Both the position numbers and the translations under genes were made by a program. Positions 25,846 to 34,922 of a stretch of DNA of 64,000 nucleotides are shown here, piece after piece. The notes under the pieces were generated by a model. That model saw only the letters and a list, made by a program, of their open reading frames with translations. It made no database searches and was not told the DNA's origin. How positions within the stretch are numbered: position 1 is the first letter of the stretch; the number at the start of each line of letters is the position of its first letter. The DNA comes from Vairimorpha necatrix (lineage: Eukaryota), in contig CP142728.1 of NCBI GenBank assembly GCA_036630325.1, forward strand, positions 62,001 to 126,000, read 5' to 3'.

Positions 25846-26684
25846 GGGTGAAAGATACCACAGTACCCCACATTTGAGGGTGTTTACTTTATTTTTTCGA
25901 ACCCCAAAAACGAAGTGCAAAATAAAGGAGGAGCAGGAAGGGGACAAAAATTACTAAGCACTTATGATATTAAAAATAACAAATAAATATATATTTATGT
26001 ACAGAATCATATTTTAATACAAGTTTTTACACTTATATAAATTAACAAGCATTTTTTACCCTTCTGATTTATTAGAATTGGGGACCAACACGCCCCCCTC
26101 CAAGGGTGTTCACTTTATTTTTTCGAACCCCCAAAACAAAGTGCAAAATAAAGGAGAAGCAATCATTAGCACTCAAAGTACTTGCATCTTTAAACAGTAA
26201 AAATACCAAATAATTATATATTTGTATACGAAATTTAATTTAAAAAAAGAATATAATCATAAAACTATATAATTCTAAATAACTTAACATATTTTAAATT
26301 AAATTTTTTGATTTAACAATCTGTATTGATCGTTGAACATTTATTTAAATTTTCTTATATAAATAATATTTATAATTTTAATTGTTGGTTTATTATAAAA
26401 GTAGATTTTTGAAGAAAATCTACTTTTATAATAAACCAACAATTAAAAAAAAATGGAAAAAATAAGAAGGGCAAAAAAGATACAACACAATAAATGATTA
26501 TTATAACTAAATTTAAGATTAAATTTTGAATAAAAGCATGTATTTATTTGTTATTTTTAATATCATAAGTGCTTAGTAATTTTTGTCCCCTTCCTGCTCC
26601 TCCTTTATTTTGCACTTCGTTTTTGGGGTTCGAAAAAATAAAGTAAACACCCTCAAATGTGGGGTACTGTGGTACCTCGCCTCC
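25846..26684. mobile_element. Non-autonomous TIR element (MITE), 839 bp, about 140-bp TIRs, 9-bp TSD (Mutator- or Merlin-like)
   Basis: TSD GTATATCGG (25837-25845) / GTTTATCGG (26685-26693), one mismatch; GG...CC termini; near-perfect inverted arms TACCACAGTACCCCACATTTGAGGGTGTTTACTTTATT. Confidence 0.9.
26376..26448. repeat. Perfect 34-bp inverted repeat with a 5-nt spacer inside the MITE
   Basis: TTTTAATTGTTGGTTTATTATAAAAGTAGATTTT-TGAAG-AAAATCTACTTTTATAATAAACCAACAATTAAAA. Confidence 0.95.
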
Positions 26685-27479
26685 GTTTATCGGCTTGTCC
26701 TAACATTTTTACAGAAATAAGAAATGAAAAGAACTTGCAAAGGCTTAGGTCAATCAATAGTTCAGAAAACGTGTATATTAATAGAGACAATCTGAATAAG
26801 ATTAAAAAAGCAGACAAATCTATTTGTAGTTTTGTCATTAAAAATTATGACAAAAAAATTAAATTTGATGTATCAGATTTGAATCAGCATTTTTTAAAAC
26901 AAAGTAAAATAGATATAAATGGTTAAGTTGATGAAAAAAAATAAAAACAAATTCGAAATAAAGCCATTTTCAAATTTAAAAATCGACAATAATAATCCTA
27001 AGAAACAAATTAATAGCTCTCTAAAATATTATCACTATGTATCATCGTTCTATCTATAGTTGTATCGGCGGGGTTTTACTTGAAATATAAATGTTGATGC
27101 ATATTATAAATTTTTTGTAAATATAAGCCTTCTATAACTCAAGTATAATTATAGCAAATGTTTATTTGATTGCTTTTAATTTGATTTTTAACTAATTTAT
27201 TGAGTTAATTTTCTTGCCGCAGTTAGATATACGTAGCAATAGCGGTCCCGATATCGCTCATGGGATTCGGCTCGTCTCGGACTTTAGTTTCTGTGGACCT
27301 ATCATGTTTCTCAACTTTGACACTTTACTTCTTTATAGTGATGATATTGAGTAATGTGCTTACAGCTCTAGGCACTTCTTTCTCTCCTGTATCCTCTTGG
27401 TCATATCCTTGTCGTCGTTCCAAAGAAATATACCCTAAAATCTATTTTAGCACAATATACTAAATCTACGCTAAGATAT

Positions 27480-28460
27480 AGATGTCTTTTAAGTTTTCTG
27501 ATTTACTTTCTGTGATATTTAATCGCCACATCATCCCATGTCATTACATTAGAAACTATTATTGTGTGGGATTAATGTATTGGTTTCATTTTATTTGCAA
27601 GAAGGTAATACTTTTTAGTTTTTCAATCATGACAATAGTAAGTAAACCCAAGTTAATTATATCACTTCAACTATTAAAAATTCTTTCTTCTTCGTGTCAA
27701 ACACAAAAACATTAGGCTTATTTTGAATTTCTTTTTATTAGAGAATAAATTCGTATTCACTCTTATTTTACACGATCAATTTGCTCTCTTGTATTGAGTA
27801 TCCACGTATTTTTTTTGTCTTCTTAGCCTCTTGTTTGATACATAGTAAGAGAGGATGCATTTAATTCCCTCGTTGTGTCTTTTAATATAATCAAAATCAA
27901 ACATTTGATCACGCTTGAGAGCTAAATGTTGACGCTTTACTTTGAGATCCACAATGAAGACATTGTCTTTCCTGTCCACAGAAAATATTTCTAAACTGTG
28001 GGAAGCAGTTACTTGCTTCATTTAGCCTAATTGTTTCCTTTGACCAGCCAGGTAGAAGATTCCATAATGCATACTAATTCATTGCCTCTAGTTTTAGACA
28101 GCTTTACATAGTGATTTAGGTTAATTTTGTCTTAAATCGCTTCTTTCTAAATATCTATTAGCATTGCGCCGTTTTTTCTATTACAAAGTGGTACCTAATA
28201 CTTAGATGCTCGTTGATTATAAACAATATTGATTTGCCTTCGCATCTTCTTTAGTTTTGCCGCCATTCAGAGTGAGCAACTTCAGGGCATATCTAATATT
28301 TATTTTAAAATAAGAAGCATAATTTCGCTCTATCATCGTTACTAAATAAGTTCTTCTCGGTTCTGATTTAGTACGGTATGACCTTTTCTTGCAAAACTGG
28401 TTGTAGATGGACCTGGTAATTAATAAGTACCTATCATATATCAAAATCGATACTTTATAA
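27480..28460 (-). mobile_element. Possible degenerate rve-integrase (Ginger-like) element relic
   Basis: QMFDFDYIKRHNEGIKCILSY resembles the integrase D...Y...NxGYKYILT motif; ITRSIYNQFCK resembles the region before the CxxC; heavily decayed. Confidence 0.35.
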
Positions 28461-29906
28461 ATCTTTTGGTTAAAATTTTAGTAATCACACTATTTAGTTT
28501 ATTTTTGAAATTACTTTCTCATATATAGATCAAATCATATTCCTACTATTTAATTGGGGATATTACAGTTTTTAAACGCCCTGTAAGATATCACCTCACA
28601 CTTTTTAAAGTCACTCTATAAAAGCACTAGAGTCATCTTCTGTTGCTCCAGGTCTTTATTATAATGAGCTTAAAGTAACTACCGCATCTTCTCTACAACG
28701 TTATATTTGTTTTAAACATATTTCTGTTCATTTCTTAGCCTATAGCCAAGAAGCCATTATAAATTTCCTTATTAATCAGTTTTAAAACAACATTTTTTTC
28801 CCTGTGGAGCTTTAAATCATTAAAGAAAATATATGTTCGTTACATAATTCTTTCGTGAGTCTGTATTCATACTTTTGAATAAGTTGAAATCAGTTATCAC
28901 CCCAGTCTATCTATACATTGTACAAACATACGGGAACAAGAATTCTCATTGTAATGCACCCCCCTTTCTATCTTTAAATCAGTTTCTTGTAAATTATAAT
29001 AACATACTTTATATTTTTTTTACGATAGTTTAATTAAAAAACGTGTTGTTTTAAGAGATTGTATAATTATTATAAGTTACGCTATAGCTTTAAAATGGGT
29101 TTAAATGTTAAAAAAAAATATTTTGTGTAAAAGGCACAATATGATATAATCTACATAAATTAAACGATGAATTTATTTTTTTTTTTTTTGAAGCATTGCT
29201 TTGTCCGAATTAACGATAGAAATAATATTTCTACTTCTTAGATTCTTTGAGACATCAAATGTTACATTAAAGGTTGCAATGTTATAGTTTTTAGAGTTAA
29301 AAGATTTTAATCCTATATGTTTGTAGACCGAAGAACCTTTCCACGCGATATTTACCACGTTGTAATGTTTTTAATATACTTAGGAGGGTCGATGATTTTA
29401 AGTTACTTTGGCAACTGTTTGTTCTTTCCGCCATTTCACTAATTATGATGGTATTTAGTTTTTATTTGGATTATTTATAACAAATATTTTCATAAAATTT
29501 CGAATTTTTATAAATATGATAAAAATTGACATTTTTGAAATATAGCCTGCAACAAACGATGGAGGCATTCTGCATTAAAAATAAAGAAATTAAAAAAATA
29601 TGACGTTCCTTATTTTACATAATGAAATTCATCCATTTTAATGTGTAATATGTCATATGTCATCATTTTTACTTGTTATTCTGTGTAATTCATCTCATAC
29701 AAATTATTTTTTTGGGCTGAACATGTAAAAAGTTTTAAATTTTAATATTATATTTAGTATTTAAATGTTTGAGTATAGAATGTGACTTTGTAAATGACTA
29801 TATTGTGTATTATGGATAGATAAGATTTAATCAATAATATTGAAAGGCTCTTTTTGATTTTCATAATTTTACGACATACACTAAACCCTTATTTATAAAA
29901 AAATTT

Positions 29907-31021
29907 GGATCTAGTTTGCTACGCGCTTGGAGCCAAACCTAGTTTGTTATAAGCCCGGAATGAAAAATAACAGCTTTTAAAGAGAAAAGAACTTTTATAG
30001 CATGATAATAAAAAAGCAACAATGTAAAAAGACAGGCTTCATTTAGAATTATTTTTATTTTAGCTTATGGCTAGTAAAGCTAGCATTTTAAAACGCAGTT
30101 CCTTAAACGTGCCTCTGAACACCAGTTCAGCTATAAGACTAGGAAGTTGCGCTTTTTAAACACCATACATTTTTTTTCGCCATAAGCTTCATCTTATTTA
30201 AGAATGACTCGATGTTCTAAGTATTTCCTCCAGTTATCGGATCAACGAAATTTGTCTTGTGGTTTATAACCAGATGACGGAACCCGAGCTCTCTTTCGAT
30301 ATTCGCATTTGATCTTCAGCCATCTGAGTGGATTATTGTGCCAGGTCTAATAACCTAGCAATGATCGGAAGTAAAACACCAGCTGATCGATTTGTTACAA
30401 TCTCCATATAGCACTTCGCAGGAGAGAAAGAGGTGTCTGCGATCCCCAAAACCCACACATCACTAGATGGTGCTCTGCCATGATGATATTTGATCTTGTG
30501 GACGAACTGGCTTTCGTCGATCTGGCAAATAATACCTGGACCTCCCAATCTCATAGGATCAGCCTTAAAGTATGCTTTAAGGATAGTCCTCAGCTTGTTT
30601 ATAACCGCCACGATGCTGTTTCTTCTGAATATATGTTCTAAAATAATCTCTTTAATCTGTTTTCCTTCGCTCCAAAGCATAATCATAGCGAAGATCTCTG
30701 ACAATAGCAATAAAAATCCCCCAAAGGATCCAGTTCTAATGCTCTTTGTGCTCCTGTAGAGCCTGCACACTTTTTTATCGCAAGTCCAGCAAATAAGGTC
30801 TGGGCCCTTCTTCGATTGCCCAATCATTCCAGATAAACACTCAGAACAGGACAACTGGTCTGAAAAGGGTTTGTTCTCGCAGAACATAAATCATCTTTAA
30901 AGGTGGCATTCTACGGATTTGTACGTAAATTTAAAACTGCGCAACAACCGAATTCATTGGGGTAACATTTTCTTAAAATAGTTTGTTATGCGCCCTATTG
31001 GTAGTATAACAAACTAGGTCC
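29907..31021 (-). mobile_element. Merlin (IS1595/ISXO2-like) DNA transposon with a frameshifted transposase
   Basis: TIRs GGATCTAGTTTGCTAC / GTATAACAAACTAGGTCC; LGGPGIICQIDESQF..KYHHGR..WVLG, then in other frames IIHSDG* and NHKTNFVDPITG; CCCCAATG start at 30957 is out of frame with the 30333-30887 ORF; candidate TSD is imperfect. Confidence 0.88.
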
Positions 31022-31558
31022 AGAATTTTTTAATTTAAAGAAAGTACAAATTTTTTCTAATAAATTGATGTTGAAAATTTTCATCACTTGTATAAACACA
31101 ATATAAAAATGAGTTTAAGAAATTTATGAGTTTTTTTTGTTTGCAATTCTCTAAATATTAAGATTTATGATTATAGTAATTTTTACTTCAACTATTAGTA
31201 TTGCGTTCTTATATTCTAAAAAAGAACTTAAATCTATTTTAACTTTAGATATAGTTTGTTTTAATTGTTTTTTAGTTTTATTCTATAATATTTGTTCGCA
31301 AATATTCCTTGATTGGTATTCTTAAATTGCTTTTACAATGATTTAATGCTTTAAATTTTTTAATTGTTCATATTCAATCATCTATTCTACTATATATATA
31401 AATACAATAAAAAACTAACTTATTTTTAATCCTCTCTTTTATGAATTAAAAGACTATAAAAAATGTAAATCGACTTAAAAGCGTTAAAAAACTCTTGCAT
31501 GTGTTTATAATGTATTTTATGGTTCGCTAATTAAATTCGTTTAAAGAATTTAATAATA

Positions 31559-31607
31559 TATAAGTGCTTAACATAATTGGGGTTTAATATTATTACTGAT
31601 TATAACA
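31559..31607 (-). repeat. 3' LTR (49 bp)
   Basis: Minus strand TGTTATAATCAGTAATAATATTAAACCCCAATTATGTTAAGCACTTATA, preceded by a polypurine tract at 31608-31617. Confidence 0.92.
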
Positions 31608-31623
31608 TCCCCCCTCCAGACGG

Positions 31624-34600
31624 TTAGTCTCCTTCAACATACTTTAAATCCCCTACACCCTTAAGATCATAATGCCTTTTTTTCACCAACCTTCCATTCT
31701 CTAATCTCACTATATATGAATCTCCTGGACATAGCTCAATCACTCTTCCCATGTCTAAAAATCGACCCTTACTATACTTACTACATCCCTTTAAATTCTC
31801 ATTCTTGGCAACCCTAACTATCTGGTTCCTTTTGAACTTTTCTCTAAACCAACTTTTAAACTGTTGCGCATACTTTCCCTCTGGACTATTCTCCATACTA
31901 ACATTTCCTGTATTATCGGTTAAAGCTTCTACTGGCGTGCACTTAATACCAGCATGAAAACTTAAATTATATTTCTCAATAGCTTCATAAACCTTGTTCT
32001 CGAATTTTTCTTTTTGGCTCTTTAAAATACTATCTCTTACAGTTCTAATAACTCTTTCTACTCTTCCATTACTTCTGTGCGACTCAACGCTGACCTTTCT
32101 ATGACTAATATCTAAATTTCTACATAGCTCGGTAACTTTTTCGTTGCAAAACTCTTTACCATTATCCGTAATGATTTCCTCTGGTTTTCTACCCTGTTTA
32201 CACAAATCCTTGATAAATTCGGCAATTCCAGATGCGTGCTTGCTCTTCAATACTCTGCCCCATAATCTCCTTGTAAAGTAATCAACTGCCAAAACAATAA
32301 ACGCTTTCTCATCCCTAAATTCTATTAAATCTAAGCCAACCTTCTCTAAATATCTTGTCGTGTTCACTAAATCAGTACCGCCACTCGTTTTTCTATTAAA
32401 AATCTGACAAGTCTCGCAATTCTTAAGGACCTTTTCGATCTGATCCTTAATTCCTGGCCAATAATACTGTTTCCTCAACTCATAATATACCGTTGTTCTG
32501 CTTCTGTGGCTCAAATTTACATGACAATCCATTATTAATCTCTCTCTGTCTTGTTCCAAAGGCATCTCGCCTTCTCTACCACTATCAAATACCCAGTATT
32601 CTTTACCTTCTACAATTTTTACATGCTTATTTCTTTTCCCTTCTTTTTGTCTATCACGGCGTGTTTCATTTCTCTTTTTCTTTGCATCTTTTTCTTTTGT
32701 ATATACCCTACTTAGCGCATCGGCTACGACCATATTTTCTGGAGTTCTATATTCTATCACGAAATCAAATTCCTGAATCTTCTCGACCCATCTATTAATT
32801 CTAGCATTCTTAAAGTCGGGCTTGTTTCTTATTTCGCCCAACGCTTTATGATCAGTTTCTATTCTAAATTTCCTACCTCTTAATTCATATTCAAACTTTT
32901 TAACGCCCCAAAAAACTGCGTACATTTCTTTTTCTGATATACCATAATTAACTTCCGTAACGGTAAACTTCTTAGACGCCCACTGTACTGGCACCCATTC
33001 TCCTTGATTATTTTTCTGTAACAGTACTGCGCCCATGCCTACATTACTAGCGTCAGTCCTCAACAAAAATTCTTTATCATAGTCTGCTATTTGCAGCTTT
33101 CCTAGGCCTTTCAATACTTCTTTTAAATTATTAAACTCGTTTTTCATATCATCCGTCCACTTCCAATTATCATTCTTCCCTTTTAAACTATCTGTCAACC
33201 TAACTGTCAATCCAGCGTAATTCTTAATAAAATCTCTGAACCAACCCGTCATTCCTAAAAATCTTCTTACATCTGACACGCATGTTGGTATCGGAAACTC
33301 TAGGGCTTCATTTTTCTTTATCTCTGACGGTATTATATCTTCTCCATTTAAAGTGACTCCCAATAATTTAACTTCCCGTTGACAAAACTGAACTTTATTT
33401 GCATTCAGCTTCAAATTGTTTTCCTTCAGTCTATTTAATACCCTTTTCACTAATTGCTCGTGTTCTCCTATCGTTCGGCTGTACAACACAATATCGTCCA
33501 TATACACCTCTACTCCTTTGCCTTTCATATCTCTAAAAATCCTATCCATAATTCTCTGCAATATCTGCGGGCTATTCTTATATCCCATAACCATAGAGTT
33601 CCATTCATAAACCTTGCCATTAAAATCAAACGCCGTCTTATGTTTATCCTCCTCCTCTATCTCAATACTATAGAAGGCCTCTTTTAAGTCGAAAACCGTC
33701 ATATATTTTGCACCTTGTGTAGCTCTTACAACATCTCTTATGTTAGACAATCTATACTCGTCCTTTTGTACAATATCGTTCAATGCCATCAAATTACTAA
33801 CCAGTCTTATCTCACCATTTGGCTTTCTGATTGACCTTATAGGATTCCTCCAACTTGAATTTGACTCTCTTATCACTTTCCTTTTTAATAAATCTTCTAG
33901 ATGTAGCTCTGTATCTTTTATCAACGCCTGCGGAACCATTTGTCCCTTTTTAAATACCTTCATACCCGCTTCAGTATTAATTTTACATTTTTCCAGTTTA
34001 CAATATTTTATCTCCTCTTTTCCTAACTTAAAAACCTCTCTAAAACTCTTAGCATACTTATCTAAATTTAATCTGATTCTCTTACTCTCCTCTTTAACGG
34101 CATATTCTTTTTGATTTTTCTCAAATTTGACTCTAAGTCCTCTTTTTGATCTTCTAAAATCTCGCTCCTGACTTGACTCTGATTCACTACCTACTTCCAT
34201 TTTGCAACTGTTATCCTTGTTATTCTTTTTATAATAATTATCTCTATTAATCTTCAGTCTGCATTCAAACACCCTATGCCCTTGTCTATCACAATAGAAG
34301 CATCTCGGTACTCTCGATTTTTGTCTTGGTTGTTCTCTACTAATTTCTTCATTTATAGACCTAGAAATAATTTTTCTCATTTCCTCATATATCTTTTCTT
34401 TTTCCTCTACTTCTTTAATCCTTAACAATAGCTTCTTCCTTATTCCTTCAATATTTTCTTCCTTTTTGATATTTCCCACAATAAAATCTTTTAAATCCAT
34501 CGAAGCCAACTTGAACAGCTCACTCTTCCATTTCACTCTATCTACATCTCTCAAATCCAATTCATACAATATACGCTCTAACTCCTGCAACATCTTTCTG

Positions 34601-34668
34601 ACCACTTGGCCACAGTCCTCTCTTGTGAACTCTTCTTTAGGTATCGCCCCCATATAAGTGCTTAACAT
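31624..34668 (-). CDS. Gag-Pol polyprotein: short Gag with CCHC knuckle, RT, RNase H, integrase (Ty3/Gypsy order)
   Basis: CFYCDRQGHRVFEC knuckle; FDLKEAF and YMDD (RT); TDASNVG, EKE, TDH, ADALSR (RNase H); HHCC zinc finger; integrase D..D35E (GLDL, TDNGKEF, NGRVE); uninterrupted 1014 aa. Confidence 0.97.
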   Translation of the reverse strand: MLSTYMGAIPKEEFTREDCGQVVRKMLQELERILYELDLRDVDRVKWKSELFKLASMDLKDFIVGNIKKEENIEGIRKKLLLRIKEVEEKEKIYEEMRKIISRSINEEISREQPRQKSRVPRCFYCDRQGHRVFECRLKINRDNYYKKNNKDNSCKMEVGSESESSQERDFRRSKRGLRVKFEKNQKEYAVKEESKRIRLNLDKYAKSFREVFKLGKEEIKYCKLEKCKINTEAGMKVFKKGQMVPQALIKDTELHLEDLLKRKVIRESNSSWRNPIRSIRKPNGEIRLVSNLMALNDIVQKDEYRLSNIRDVVRATQGAKYMTVFDLKEAFYSIEIEEEDKHKTAFDFNGKVYEWNSMVMGYKNSPQILQRIMDRIFRDMKGKGVEVYMDDIVLYSRTIGEHEQLVKRVLNRLKENNLKLNANKVQFCQREVKLLGVTLNGEDIIPSEIKKNEALEFPIPTCVSDVRRFLGMTGWFRDFIKNYAGLTVRLTDSLKGKNDNWKWTDDMKNEFNNLKEVLKGLGKLQIADYDKEFLLRTDASNVGMGAVLLQKNNQGEWVPVQWASKKFTVTEVNYGISEKEMYAVFWGVKKFEYELRGRKFRIETDHKALGEIRNKPDFKNARINRWVEKIQEFDFVIEYRTPENMVVADALSRVYTKEKDAKKKRNETRRDRQKEGKRNKHVKIVEGKEYWVFDSGREGEMPLEQDRERLIMDCHVNLSHRSRTTVYYELRKQYYWPGIKDQIEKVLKNCETCQIFNRKTSGGTDLVNTTRYLEKVGLDLIEFRDEKAFIVLAVDYFTRRLWGRVLKSKHASGIAEFIKDLCKQGRKPEEIITDNGKEFCNEKVTELCRNLDISHRKVSVESHRSNGRVERVIRTVRDSILKSQKEKFENKVYEAIEKYNLSFHAGIKCTPVEALTDNTGNVSMENSPEGKYAQQFKSWFREKFKRNQIVRVAKNENLKGCSKYSKGRFLDMGRVIELCPGDSYIVRLENGRLVKKRHYDLKGVGDLKYVEGD

Positions 34669-34701
34669 AATTGGGGTTTAATATTATTACTGATTATAAC
34701 A
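34653..34701 (-). repeat. 5' LTR (49 bp), containing a CCC motif and the ORF start codon
   Basis: Identical to 31559-31607; ATG at 34668 follows AAACCCCAATT. Confidence 0.92.
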
Positions 34702-34922
34702 TAATATAATAATATCTCCTTTAATCCTTCATTCAAAAATTGTAATTTTAAAAAGCAAAAACTTAGGTATCCACAATTTTAAAGCGTGAAATCTTTAGAT
34801 TTTTTGTTAGAAACGTCTATATATTATTAATTGTATTAAAAATTTTTCTGGTTATAAATTTTTCTAATTTATAAATCTTCTAATATATAATAGAATATAA
34901 GAAAATTATTTAAAATAAAGTT

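Larger units (their letters stand above)
25287..27095 (+). pseudogene. Family A member 4, interrupted by a MITE, with further lesions near the 3' end
   Basis: N-terminal part closely resembles 21202 (YKEEDKTVSWAYS, RKCDLKI). Removing 25846-26693 restores NKC-I-SACPNIFTEIRNE in frame (paralog NKCQLESPNILSEIRNE). A remnant KKQINSSLKYYHY near 27000 matches KRPINSLKYYDY. Confidence 0.88.
31559..34701 (-). mobile_element. Intact miniature Ty3/Gypsy LTR retrotransposon (3143 bp)
   Basis: Identical 49-bp direct repeats at 31559-31607 and 34653-34701; TAATA TSD at 31554-31558 and 34702-34706; PPT GGAGGGGGGA next to the 3' LTR; putative PBS TGGGGGCG next to the 5' LTR; single gag-pol ORF. Confidence 0.95.

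Noticed and set aside
27225-27300. GC-rich patch considered as a tRNA or other ncRNA (also 38415-38470, 47555-47640)
   Set aside because: No cloverleaf, T-loop GTTCRA or other recognisable RNA family motif
32570-32600. DSG tripeptide (WVFDSGREG) as a relocated protease active site
   Set aside because: Lies in the short RNase H-integrase linker with no room or flanking motifs for a retropepsin fold
31751-34657. Several short + strand ORFs inside the retrotransposon
   Set aside because: Antisense shadows of the gag-pol frame; no independent motifs
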